A stretch of DNA of 63,426 nucleotides, filler included, from Octopus bimaculoides (Eukaryota), in assembly GCF_001194135.2 (NCBI RefSeq). It is 10 parts of 9 records of this genome, joined end to end, with 100 filler letters (N's around TTAATTAATTAA, not from the genome) between each part and the next. Parts side by side here need not be neighbours in the genome. Positions count along the whole stretch, not along the records: positions 13,270 to 30,782 come from NC_068989.1; 9 more parts are not named here. One strand, written 5' to 3'. Positions 13,170 to 25,594 of this stretch are shown one piece after another. The notes beneath the pieces were generated by a model that was given only the letters and a program-made list of their open reading frames with translations, was not told the origin of the DNA and ran no database searches. Numbering within the stretch: position 1 is the first letter of the stretch; the number at the start of each line of letters is the position of its first letter. A program made the position numbers and the translations under genes.

Positions 13170-13749
13170 NNNNNNNNNNNNNNNNNNNNNNNNNNNNNNN
13201 NNNNNNNNNNNNNTTAATTAATTAANNNNNNNNNNNNNNNNNNNNNNNNNNNNNNNNNNNNNNNNNNNNATATCCAATTTTTTACCCCACTTTTTAATTA
13301 TATATATATATATTTAGGCATATCTCCTCCTTCGTCGTTAATTGGTTCCAGGAGACACGACTTAACTCGAAAAACAACTTAAGTCAAATTAACTTGTCTC
13401 TTGGCTAAACCCCTTAATAATCATTCCCACTTCTGTACTTTATTTATGAATGCATTTTTAATTATACATGGTAAATAAAAACCTATTTTAAGCTTACAAA
13501 CAAATAATTTTTATTTTTTAATACAGTACAGTGAAAAAAATGTAATCTAAATTTACGAATAAATTTGGCGGTGTTTACCGTACATCGCAGACGCTCTATT
13601 TATGAATACGGTTTGCTATAAGACATGGTAAAATAACATCCTTTTTTAAGCTTAAAAAAGAAATTCAGTAATTATTATTATTATTTTGCAATAGTAAAAA
13701 AAAAAAAGATTATTTTAAATTTACAAATACGTACATACAATTTGGTGGT

Positions 13750-15255
13750 TTACATCGCGGATGTAGTTGGCTGACGATCATCAACATCAACAGTGACTCT
13801 GGCTGTTTTTGTTGTTCGGTTCGCTTTAAAAAAACGGTTGAGAGTTCCTTGAACTGTCTCCTTACAAGCCCCCATAATCTTGGAAAACTGTTGAGCATTT
13901 GGATTCATATCCTCGAACATAGAAAGACCTCTTTCGATATATGCAAATGCTTGCTGAATTTTCTTAATGGTAAAGTGATGTGGCTCAGGTTCGACTTCCA
14001 CTTCTTTATGTTGCTGCTCATGAAGCTCTATCAAATCCTCGTTCGTCGAGGGCTGCTTGTTTTTTTCAAATAAATCTGCGAAATATCTTCCTCCTCCAAA
14101 TCCATTTCCAGTTCTTTGCTCATAGTCACCAATGTTTTGTTGAATGTAACATTATCAAACTCCTTACAATAATTCACGAATTGCGGGCATAGCTTCTTCC
14201 ATACACCATTCATAGTCGTGCTCTGTACATCATTCCATGCCGCTGCTATGTTCTGTACAGCCTTGTAGATATAGTACCTCTTCCAAATGTCACGAAGTGT
14301 GATGGACTCGTCAAGATCAGTTACAGCTATTGCTTGCCGCAGCGTACGCTTCATATAGTAACGTTTGAAGATAGCAATTATTCCCTGATCCATTGGCTGC
14401 TGAAGAGACGTGGTGTTCGGAGGGAGGTATACGACGGTAACGTTGGGGTCAAAATCTACGATGTTTTGCGGGTGGCCAGGAACATTGTTTAAGATAATTA
14501 AAACCTTAAAAGGAATCCCTTTCACCTTACAGAACTTGTCTTCTACTGGGATAAAATTATTGAAGAACCAATTTTCAAAAATAACAGCAGTAACCCATGC
14601 TTTTGAATTAACCGTCCATATAACAGGGAAAGATGCCTTGGGTATGTTCTTCAGGGCACAGGGGCTGTGTGCATGATACACAAGCAATGGCGTTAACGTA
14701 AAATCTCCTGCACGATTACCTTCCAACATAACGGTCATACGTTCTTTTGAGACCTTATAGCCTGGAATAGTTTTCTCCTCTTTGGAAATGAATGAACGGT
14801 CTGGCATTTTTCCCAATACAATCTACGTTAAAAATCTGCTCGAGAAGAAACCCGTTTTCTTCGATGGTTTTCTTTTATGCATTAGGCAATTCTGCTCCTG
14901 CTTGTTCGTCAGTTGATGCACTTTCACCTTGCTTCTTAATGGAGTGATAACTTCTTCGCTCCTTAAATCTCATAACCATCCTTGATTTCCTTTGAACTCT
15001 ACATCTTTCTCACTCATCTGAATACTTTTTCTTCAGGTCCTCAAACAAAGACAACGCTTTCTCTTGAATGATTTCTTGACTAATAGTAGCGCGCTGACGA
15101 TTCAACCTAACAATCCAAAGAGAAAGAAGACTTGCCTCTTGTCTTATTGATGACAGTGTTCTTAATCCCTGGGGCTTCAGATTTGATATGTGCTAAAATC
15201 TTGTCTTTATAATGTACAATCGTCGATACAATTGTCCGACTCATCCCAAACTGGC
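13750..15255 (-). pseudogene. Tigger/pogo-family DDE transposase pseudogene (CENP-B-type HTH plus DDE_1), frameshifted and 5'-truncated
   Basis: HTH region RQFGMSRTIVSTIVHYKDKIL and ISQEIIQEKALSLFEDLKKK; DDE_1 ORF 14031-14816 (KERMTVML..GDFTLTPLLVYH, KAWVTAVIFENWF, KVLIILNNVPGHP, LPPNTTSLQQPMDQGII); C-terminal ORF 13750-14034. Confidence 0.93.
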
Positions 15256-15257
15256 GT

Positions 15258-15675
15258 CTAAAATACGCAAAAATGGAAATAACACTGACATCTCATTTTA
15301 ACAGATATATTTACCAAAATTACATAAAAATATCTTGAAATACTGAAGAATAAATTTATTCAATAAAATCGCCATCGGCTTCAACGACGGCGTCAAAACG
15401 ACTTCGGAATTTCCTGCAACTCTTCTGGATGGTGTCCTTGTTTAAGTTGGTGAATGCTGCCATAATGCTTGTCTTCAGTTCATCTTTGGTGTTACAAGGA
15501 GTTTTGTTAGTTTCTCGCTCAACTGCGTCCCACACATAATAATGAGGTTGCAGTCTGTAGAGTTAGGCGGCCAGATGTTAGACGTGATGTGGTCGCAGAA
15601 ATTGTCTGACAGCCATGACTGGATTCTCCGGCTTGTGTGGCATGATGCAGAGTCCTGTTGCCTGACATAGGGTCG
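15258..15675 (-). mobile_element. maT/DD37D-like transposon 3' fragment
   Basis: QQDSASCHTSRRIQSWLSDNFCDHITSNIWPPNSTDCN-(frameshift)-YYVWDAVERETNKTPCNTKDELKTSIMAAFTNLNKDTIQKSCRKFRSRFDAVVEADGDFIE*, stop at 15356-15358. Confidence 0.85.
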
Positions 15676-15799
15676 GCGAGCTGCAAGAATCGTTAGAACC
15701 TCGGGAAAATTCCCTATGGTATTTGATCATTCTCTTTAAATTCCTCCGCAGTCAGTTTTAACTTTAATCTTTCCGAGATCAATAAATCGAAAACTAGGT

Positions 15800-16477
15800 C
15801 AGTATAATTAATGTACTCTTCTCAATTTTTTTTTCTTGTGTCTAATCATACTCATGAAGGTATTCGCTTCACGAGGAGTTATGCTTAGCGATAGCAACAA
15901 TCGCCTCACACGACGCTTTGCTTTCCAGCCTGCGTCTTCGCATTCCTCGAGGAAGTATTCCATAACAGTCGATCTTTCTAGCTCGAGCGGCGTCCATGTT
16001 ATCTTCATGAGAATAACTATTAACTCGACTAGATTTACTACGCCCTGTTTTTTATTTCACACCATTTGATATTTGGTTTCTTCGTGACTGGAATGAGGAA
16101 GAATCGTTAACCCCTGGTAAATCTGCAGCCACCTGCATATAGCTGTTCCACTTTTCATTGTTCACAAGAAGTTTCTTCTTCTCCAAACGGATCTGCTGTC
16201 CTGAATGTACGAAGGTAATGAAATCTCTAGTTGATTTTCTGTAGTTCTTTCGCTACTGTTGAAGAAAGCGATTTGGTTCGATTTGGTTCTTCGTAGCACT
16301 GAAGAGGACCAGATTGTGTTTCCATGTATATCTATTCAATGCCAGTGAAAAGCTAGAAAGAATATGTTTCAGTGTTCCATCTTTCCTACTTCTGCATTTA
16401 TCATTCTCTGATACATTCCATCTTACCAGGTTTGCAGGCGATGGCAAGGCATCGTTGGATGAGCGAATAAGACGTGA
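15800..16477 (-). mobile_element. HERO-like RLE non-LTR retrotransposon 3' fragment (degenerate zinc knuckle plus PD-(D/E)xK endonuclease)
   Basis: LIRSSNDALPSPANLVRWNVSENDKCR..GTLKHILSS..LALNRYTWKHNLVL, then KPNI..VNLVELIV.HEDNMDAARARK and LEECEDAGWKA across frameshifts. Confidence 0.8.
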
Positions 16478-16871
16478 TGTGTGTATGTGTGTCTGTGTAT
16501 GTGCATGTGTGTGCGTGTGCAAATATATGTTATATATATAACAAATTTATGTGCATATATGCGTATATATATATATATATATATAAAATAGTCACAATAT
16601 ATAGATTCAAGTAATCCGGTAGTACTCATAAAGAAAGCTCCTTAATGTATCATTCTACAAAACATAGGATACATAGTACGATACATTTTGCATTAATGCA
16701 GGCATGTAAGTAATTTATTTATTATCAAATATTATAACTTAAACTATTTACGTGTTTTTAAGTTACGGAACAATTTGTGAAATTAAAATTTTCTTATTGT
16801 TAAATAAAACTTCATCAAACTATTTCTCTGTCATTTGTGACTTTATGTATGTATGTATGTGCATATATATG

Positions 16872-16913
<42 letters not shown>

Positions 16914-16996
16914 TACATACATACATACATACATACATACATACATACATACATAGATATATATGTATGCGTGTGTATATAAGTACATAAATGGGT

Positions 16997-17232
16997 ACTA
17001 CTAAAATACAGAGGTCCCGACGCATCTACGTAACCCTAACCCTAAACTCTAAACCTAACCCTAACTATAACCCTAAAACTAACCCTAAACCCTAACCCTA
17101 ACCCTATTTCTAACCCTAGAAACTAACCCTAAAACTAACCTTGAAAACTAACCCTAACCCTAACCTCAACGAGTGTGCACTGTAAAAACATATCGCTACG
17201 TAGATGCATCGGGACCTCTGTATTTAAGTAGT
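16997..17232. mobile_element. MITE-like element with 36-bp terminal inverted repeats enclosing a degenerate (CCCTAA)n array
   Basis: Left actactaaaatacagaggtcccgacgcatctacgta (16997-17032); revcomp of right arm (17197-17232) actacttaaatacagaggtcccgatgcatctacgta, 34/36 identical; interior taaccctaaccct variants. Confidence 0.85.
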
Positions 17233-17724
17233 GGCCATGAATATATGAGAAAGAATGTGAATGAAATGAGAGAAGCAGAAGAGAGAAAGTGCAAGAACGA
17301 CAGAAGAGGTGAGAGATGAGTAGAAAGAGAGATAATTCTATAAATTGTTTATATTATTGATTACAGTAGCAGAGACTGCTACAGTAACTAATGCAACCAC
17401 TGCTTACTTCTCCTGCCAAATCCATTCCACAATTATTCCAGCAAGCGGTTTGGTTTTAGAGTTCCGTTCTTCTACATCTTGTTGTTGTTGTTGCTGTTGT
17501 CGTGGATGATAATGACGGTGGTGGTGGATGATGTTGTTCTTGTCGTTGTGGTAGTCGTCGTTGTTGATCTAATTGTTGCCGCACATTATTTTCTGGGGAT
17601 TTTTTTGTTTTGTCTTGCTGCTTTGTTCTTTTTTTCTTTTTTTTTCTGTGACGAGCTGGCAGAATTGTTAGAGCATCGGAAGATTTACTTTGTGGTATTT
17701 CTTCCATATTATTTTGTTTCATTA

Positions 17725-17880
17725 CGTTTTCGGAGATCAGTTCCTACCGAGGTGAACTTTGCATTCCATTCTTCCAAGGTCGATAAACTAAACTACCAGT
17801 TAAGGGGGATCGATAGCATCGACTAGTCCCTTCCCCTCGGAAATTGTTGTCCTTCCGCCTAAAAGAGAAACCATTATGGA
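17725..17880 (+). mobile_element. SINE family A, 3' part
   Basis: tcagttcctaccgaggtgaactttgcattccattcttccaaggtcgataaactaaactaccag...gaaaccattat. Confidence 0.65.
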
Positions 17881-18300
17881 CTAGTGGTTGATCCATCGTG
17901 GTTGAGCCGATGTGTGACCACGTATACTGTGTCTATGACTGCCAAAACCTCTGTGATTTATAGTTATGATTGGGTAAAAATTGAGGGAGTTTTAATCACA
18001 ATTTCTGGTGGGGAGACAGTCCACATAAAATTCCTGATTTGCTTTTGTTGTTGTTGTTGCTAGTTATGGTGGTGGTGGTGGTGGTGGTGGTGGAGTNNNN
18101 NNNNNNNNNNNNNNNNNNNNNNNNNNNNNNNNNNNNNNNNNNNNNNNNNNNNNNNNNNNNNNNNNAGTGGTGGTCGCGGCGATGGTGGATATCGTGATGG
18201 TAGCAGACAGCTTTGTCTTAAAATCTTGCTACGGAATCCAATTTCTCTTGCTTTGATATCAAATAAACTTGAGATGAATATAAAGTACACACACACACAC

Positions 18301-18336
<36 letters not shown>

Positions 18337-19616
18337 CTGTGTCTGTGTGTATGCGTACATGTGCGTTTGTATATATGAATGTATATATTCATATGTGTGT
18401 GTGTATATATATTGCTTTATGAAGCAAAAGAGAAAGCACACGTATACATACCATAGAAATCCTTTAGATTGTATTTACCTATATCTTTAATGAAAAATCT
18501 CATTTCAGAGGTTACAGCATGAGGTTGATTTCTAACACTAATCAAACTGCAGTGTGTATGATTACCACCGACTATAAATTTTAAGAACTTCGTAATATGT
18601 ATAGCAAAATTATATTAATTATGTGAATTTTATGCATCCTTTGCCTTATAATTCCTTTAACTTGAAATTCAAATTTGTAGTACCGCCAAAGATGATGATG
18701 CCCCTTGCAATAATTATGACCACTATGGGAGAACACGTGTTCCAAAAATACTAGTGATTTCAAAAAAATTCCGTTTAAACAGTTGGCGATCGTCTAGGCG
18801 TTATCTCACGAATAGATACCTATTCTACAACATAACGAAGGTTTGTACTACTATGAATTAGCAGCTTGAAACTAATATCTTCACCTCAAAGACTATTTAA
18901 GAAAACGGCGTCTGAATTTGGGTGTGTTTAAAATATGAGGTATAATTCCCAGGAAATAGTTATCCTCTATGTAATACTATATATTTTGCCACTTTTCTCT
19001 CCGCTGCTAAACTACAAACGTTCTACGAAGGAAAAATAAAGGCATTCTACGAAATTGCTCCCGACTGCAGTTACCTTTAGCTTTTATGAAACGTCTCATT
19101 TCATAAAACGTTTTATTAAGCTACATATATATATAACACGTGNNNNNNNNNNNNNNNNNNNNNNNNNNNNNNNNNNNNNNNNNNNNNNNNNNNNNNNNNN
19201 NNNNNNNNNNNNNNNNNNNNNNNNNNNNNNNNNNNNNNNNNNNNNNNNNNNNNNNNNNNNNNNNNNNNNNNNNNNNNNNNNNNNNNNNNNNNNNNNNNNN
19301 NNNNNNNNNNNNNNNNNNNNNNNNNNNNNNNNNNNNNNNNNNNNNNNNNNNNNNNNNNNNNNNNNNNNNNNNNNNNNNNNNNNNNNNNNNNNNNNNNNNN
19401 NNNNNNNNNNNNNNNNNNNNNNNNNNNNNNNNNNNNNNNNNNNNNNNNNNNNNNNNNNNNNNNNNNNNNNNNNNNNNNNNNNNNNNNNNNNNNNNNNNNN
19501 NNNNNNNNNNNNNNNNNNNNNNNNNNNNNNNNNNNNNNNNNNNNNNNNNNNNNNNNNNNNNNNNNNNNNNNNNNNNNNNNNNNNNNNATCTTACCATCAC
19601 GGAATAGAAGAATGTT

Positions 19617-19651
<35 letters not shown>

Positions 19652-20082
19652 TTGTATGTATGTATGTATGTATGTATGTATGTATGTATGTATATGCATA
19701 TACATATGTGTGTGTATGTGTATGTATGTATATGCACATATATATATGAATGTATATAGATGCACATATATATTTATATATATATGCATTTTTTGTAGGT
19801 TGTATGTATACACACACACACATACACAGAACATTCAGCTTTCCATTCAAACCAGCCACACATTCATATATGTATACCTACCTACCTACAACATGCATAC
19901 ATACATACATACATACATACATACATACATANNNNNNNNNNGTGTGTGTGTGTGTGTGTGTGTATCATTTAATAAGCACGATATATGTATTTGTAGGGTA
20001 CTATTAGTTTCATATGCTGAGAGCATGCCAAAGATGGAGTACTTTTTTTATTGATCTTACCATCACGGAATAGAAGAATGTT

Positions 20083-20117
<35 letters not shown>

Positions 20118-20417
20118 TTGTATGTATGTATGTATGTATGTATGTATGTATGTATGTATATGCATATACATATGTNNNNNNNNNNNNNNNNNNNNNNNNN
20201 NNNNNNNNNNNNNNNNNNNNNNNNNNNNNNNNNNNNNNNNNNNNNNNNNNNNNNNNNNNNNNNNNNNNNNNNNNNNNNNNNNNNNNNNNNNNNNNNNNNN
20301 NNNNNNNNNNNNNNNNACATTCATATATGTATACCTACCTACCTACAACATGCATACATACATACATACATACATACATACATACATACATACATACATA
20401 CATACATACATACATAC

Positions 20418-22530
20418 CGAACAACTGTAAATAGACAAAGCTGTAATGTCAGAGGTGCGAGTGCTTAGGAGGAACCTCATTTCAGTATGGCTGGACTACA
20501 AGAAAGCCTTTGACTCTGTTCCTAACTCATAGATGCTAGAAGCCCTTGAACTTGCAAAAGTTCCACTGAGCATAGTCAATGCCATGGCTGACCTGACTTC
20601 ATCGTGGGCCATCATCTTGAAGTTAAATACAAGGAGTGATAGAATACAGTATCGCAGAGGTATATTCCATGGGGACAACCTCTCTGCGATGTTGTTTATA
20701 CTTTCTGTAACCCCTTGTTATTCATGTTAAGGAAGTCTGAAGGATATCTCACTGGAAACAGAAATATCAAAATTACACATTGTTCCTTTGTGGATGACTT
20801 GAAACTATATGCAAAGAATATGCATGAGATGAAAAAGCTTTGACCTGGTTACAACATTCTCAAAGGATATATGGCTGGAGTTTGGTTAGGATAAGTGTTG
20901 TTATACGGTTGTGAAAAGACGGAAAACTGTAAACCAGTCTAGCAACGTCTCCATGAATGACTTAACTGTTTCCCCTATATCTGATGAAGAATGTTACAGA
21001 TATCTAGGAGAGGATGAAAGCATATCTAACAGTGGCACCTGTAACAAAACACGTGTCACTAATAAATATTACAATCGAATAAAGAAAATTATGACCTCGG
21101 AATTCTCTACTTTCAAGAAAACTTTGGCCCACAGTTTGTTTGCGGTGCCAGTACTCACCAACATTTGGGCTGCTTGATTAGACGCTTGATGAGATCTAAG
21201 CCATTGATGTGAAAACCCGGAAGATACTATCCAGCACACATAATCATAGATCGCCTCTACCTAAAACGAAAACAAGGCGACAGAAGCTTAATATCAATCC
21301 AGACTACCTTTGAATGTTGTAATTATATCCCTTCGGCAACGTCTTTTAACCACCAAGTATCGAAGTGCATCCCTTGACCAAGTTGCATACACGAGACTGA
21401 TAACATCATGAGACTTGAAAAGCAGCATTCCTTGTCTGATAACCTTAAGTACATGTCCAAAGAAGTCGCATGACTCTACCGCAACATATCATCAGATGAA
21501 AAGATGAGTGTACATGAGCAGAAGACCAAGCACGGATATGTTAGGAGAAAGCTCCGAGATGGTAGTAACAACAAAGTGATAGTGATCAACAAAGCAGTTT
21601 ATCATGGACCGACAACCGGACTACTACCTCCCACTTTGAAGGGTGCACGTTTGCAATCTAGGAACAGGAAATATCAATCAAATACCCGATGCATAAAAGG
21701 GACAGGGATGCAAGAAAAGCAGTAAAATGTGACAATCGATGCAGAATTTGTGGAGTTAACACCGAAGATATCACCCACATCATATGCAGTTGCCCGAAAA
21801 TGTCATCACGTTATTATCTACCGATGAGATATGACGTTGTAGCTAGCACTCTGTATAATGAGATCCGTCAGAAGGATAACCCCGAGGACAAAGACATAAG
21901 AACCCACAGTATGGTAGAAGCCATAGCCACTCATAATAAAAAGGAGCACTGGTGGAATGTCCCAGTAAAAACCTCAATAAAATGTAAACACAATAGACCT
22001 GATATAATGATTTGGGATAGAGAAGAGAAACTGAGTGCAGTTGTGGAAATTAGGCTGCCCAGCGGATGTTAACATAAAGCTGAAGATCAGTGAAAAAGAG
22101 GATGTCTACGCTTAACTATTAAGAAATCTGCAGTTATTTTATCCTCGTTGCAAGTTCAGGTTTACACCTGTAATTAATGGAGCCCTGGGATATGTCACAC
22201 ACTGCCTAAATACTAATTTTGAGAAATTAGGCTTCTCAAAACCAGAAAAGAGAAAGCTGATTCGAAGATTACAAAATCCATGCCATCACTGGAACTGTTA
22301 AAATCTGTAAAACTTACCAGAGGTTTATTCTTTAAGAATATACGAACATGCTAGCATATGCACGTAAAGACATACATAAAATAAAATATACAAATCTGCA
22401 CGTATACATACATATATACATACATACATACATACAAAAATACCATGTTGATGTTGTTGAAATTCCAATGAAGGAGCCTTAGAAACCGGTTCTTTCTCTA
22501 TTGGCAAGAAATCTTGAAATAAAAGAAAAT
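20418..22530 (+). mobile_element. R4/Dong-like RLE non-LTR retrotransposon, 5'-truncated and decayed (copy 1): RT, CCHC knuckle, RLE, 3' UTR
   Basis: WLDYKKAFDSVP; RGIFHGDNLSAMLF; FVDDLKLY; YRYLGEDE; CRICGVNTEDITHIICSC (CCHC); KHNRPDIMIWDREEK..VVEI (RLE). Several stops and frameshifts. Both flanks are (TACA)n. Confidence 0.93.
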
Positions 22531-22843
22531 GACATACATACATACATACACACACACTTACACACACACGCACGCATACACACATACATACATACATACA
22601 CACACACATACATACATACATACATACATACATACATACACGTTCTAAGAGGTTACAACTGTGTATTAACAAGTGTAGAAGCTAGTTTCTACATTCGCTT
22701 GTAATATTAGTGCTGCATGGCATCTCTGGGATTGGATCTGTCGAAGAGTGCTGAAATCGTTGTCATCTTGTAGGCAGTTAATCAGTGACTCCTTCCTCAG
22801 CTGTATGCAAAGTATTACATTATGTAAAGTAATAAAATATATG

Positions 22844-22914
<71 letters not shown>

Positions 22915-23099
22915 GTGCGTGCGTGTGTGTGTGCGTGCGCGCGCGCGCGCGTGTGTGTGTGTGTATACACGTTTTTTCCTTTTACTTGTTTTAATCATTA
23001 GACAACAGCCGTGCTGGACCAACACCCCAACGCTTCTTTAGTCGTTCATGTCAACCCTAATATTATTTTTTCTTATGTCTGTCACTTACTTTCGTGTTA

Positions 23100-23370
23100 T
23101 ATATTTATCGCACAGCTAGATCGTGGGTATAACCACAGACATCGATTGTTCACGCATAAAGATAAACATAGTCAGACGCATACATACACTCATACACATA
23201 AACACAGATATGACGAGCTTCCATACAGCTTCTATTTACCAGTTCTACTCCGATGTATATAGCTCAGTTCGAGGTTTCAATATAGCACAATCGCCTACGT
23301 TTTCACGCAGTGAATCAGGATCCATGACTACGGGGTTCTGAAACGGACGCCTTCAGTGCACAGCTTCGTC
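23100..23370 (-). mobile_element. Old degenerate SINE family B copy
   Basis: Weak collinearity with the family-B internal segment (acatcgattgt...aaacacagatatgacgagcttcc..cagcttct...gagg). Confidence 0.4.
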
Positions 23371-23494
23371 AGAGTTTATACATAAATATACACGTACATA
23401 CATGTATGTATCCATCCATCCATACATACATACATACATACATACATGCATACACACACACACATACATACATACATACATACATACATACATA

Positions 23495-24335
23495 AAACCG
23501 ATGCAGACTTTGTGGAGTTCATACTGAAGATATCACCCACATCATAAGCAGTGTCCGAAAATGTCATCCCGGTATAATCTACCGATGAGACATGACGTTG
23601 TAGCTAGGACATTCTATGTACAAATCTGCACATACATAACCCCGAGGAGAAAGACATAAGAGCCCACAATATGGTGGAAGTCATAGCCTCTCATAATAAA
23701 AAGGAGTACTGGTGGAATGTCCCAGTGAAGACCTCAATAAAATGTAAGCACAATAGACCTGGTATGATGATTTGGGATAGAGAAGAGAGACTGTGTACTG
23801 TTGTGGAAATTAGCTGCCCAGCGAATCTTAACATAAAGCTGAAGATAAATGAAAAAGAGAATGCCGAGGCTGAACTATTGAGAAATCTTCAGTTACTCTA
23901 TCCAGATTACAAATTCAGGTTTATACCTGTAATCATTGGAGCCCTGGGATATGTAAGACACTGCCTAAATACCCATTTTGAGAAATTAGGCTTCTCAAAA
24001 CTAGAAAGCAGAAAGCTAATTCGAAGACTACAGATCCAATCCATCACTGGAACTGTAAAAATCTGTAAAACTTTCCAGAAGTTTATCATTTAAATATATA
24101 TCAGCATGTCTAGATATGCAACTATATGCATGAGAATAGATACATAAAACATACAAATCTGCACGTATACATACATACATACATACATACATACATACAT
24201 ACATACATACATACATACATACATACAAAAATGCCCTGTTGTTGATGTTGAAATTCCAATGAAGGAGCCTTGGATCTAGGTTAGAAACTGGTTCTTCCTC
24301 TATTGGCAAGAAATCTTGAAATAAACTGAATAATG
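23495..24335 (+). mobile_element. R4/Dong-like RLE retrotransposon 3' fragment (copy 2)
   Basis: ORF 23671-24093 WWNVPVKTSIKCKHNRPGMMIWDREERLCTVVEISCPANLN...IGALGYV...GTVKICKTFQKFII; nucleotide match to 21730-22530 including the 3' UTR. Confidence 0.93.
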
Positions 24336-24351
24336 ACATGCATACAAACAT

Positions 24352-24685
24352 ATGTTCTGTTGTGAAATCAGCTGCCCTCTAGACACGAATGTAGTTAGAA
24401 AAATACGAAAGAATGGAGTGCATTTATGGACCATTGATAAGGAGTTGGTTAATCCAGTGCTCAAAATACACTTTCAGCTTCATACCTTTATTATTGAAGC
24501 AATAGGATACATACCAACCCGTCAGGAGCAAAGTATGGGTGAACTCGGAGTCTTAGGGAGAGAATTCTTAGTTCATATGCTACAAATGGCTATAAAAGTA
24601 TTTGAGTCTATAAAAATATGCAAGACCTTCTTAAGATTTGAAGAATGGTGGTTAAATCAAGATACTTTTCTTCAAAATCTTGCTA
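24352..24685 (+). mobile_element. Sister-subfamily RLE retrotransposon C-terminal fragment
   Basis: CEISCPLDTNVVRKIR...IIEAIGYIP...IKICKTFLRF parallels VEISCPANLN...IGALGYV...VKICKTFQKF of copy 2. Confidence 0.75.
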
Positions 24686-24734
24686 CCATACATACATATA
24701 TACGTGTGTGTGTGTGTGTGTGTGTGTGTGCTTT

Positions 24735-24900
24735 AGTGAAAACGCGTGGCCCAGTAGTTTGAGTGCTGAACTCACGATCGCAAGATGGAGAGGTGCATTC
24801 TTGAGGAAAACGCCCCATATCGCGTTGTTTCACTCCCCTCAGCTGTAAATGACTCATCCTCAAACTGATTGGTTCAGTGGGAATAACTGTGATCTCAGGC
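24735..24900 (+). mobile_element. Degenerate tRNA-head SINE-like fragment
   Basis: gcgtggcccagtagtttgagtgctgaactcacgatcgcaagat (tRNA-like head) followed by cttgaggaaaac...cactcccctcagctgtaaatga. Confidence 0.45.
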
Positions 24901-25019
24901 ACATAACCTATCCTATGAATCCCAGGAAAAAAGATATAAGAAATGATGGGAAATATTTTTCAAAACGATAATATGCATAAAATTGTTTTTAAATGTCTGT
25001 TGGTAGTGGTTCGGTGTAT

Positions 25020-25480
25020 ATTTAATTGTGGTTTATTCTTGTTAATAAATTGCCTTTCTTTATTTAGACTTTGTTGTTGGTTGAAAGAATCTGAGCACTT
25101 GTAGAGGGGGAATATTTCGAAATTTTATAAGACCATTCCTGCACAGGCTGCAAAGTGACTGCTTAAAGAAATATTCCTTGTGCTTAAAGAAATATTCCTG
25201 TTGGCGATGGGTCATCATTCTGTAACGATCCGCCCGTCTGACCTATGTAATTATGCTGGCAACCATTGCATGTGATTACGTAGATCAGGTTTTCCGTATT
25301 GCAGGTGAGATTGGACTTCACTTTGATGGTTTGGCCATCTTTGAATATAAATTCTGGTCCCTCAGTTAGGTAACGGCAAGTGCCGCAGTTTGTTCTTCCG
25401 CATTTCGGGACAATTGGGTTGGGGGTCCTTTGTGCGTTTTTGCTCCAGTGAGAACGAGCTTTAGTGTTTTGGGCTGCCTT
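25020..25480 (-). mobile_element. Penelope-like element GIY-YIG endonuclease remnant with upstream CxxC motifs
   Basis: Manual translation PKCGRTNCGTCRYLTEGPEFIFKDGQTIKVKSNLTCNTENLIYVITCNGCQHNYIGQTGGSL-(frameshift)-MTHRQQ; not in the ORF track. Confidence 0.8.
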
Positions 25481-25594
25481 TTGCTTTTGATGATGTGTTG
25501 TTTTTCTAAGGGAAAGTTCTTCGGATAAGTGTGTCCTTCGTTTCCTCTAGACTTTGTTCACTTTTGGCTGGTTCTGATACTATGGTACAAATTC

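Noticed and set aside
17033-17170. True telomere or chromosome fusion scar
   Set aside because: Short, degenerate, single orientation and enclosed by inverted repeats; better explained as element cargo.
20980-21010. CTGATGAAG as a hammerhead core
   Set aside because: It lies inside RT-coding sequence (ISDEECYRYLGE) with no stem II or GAAA partner.
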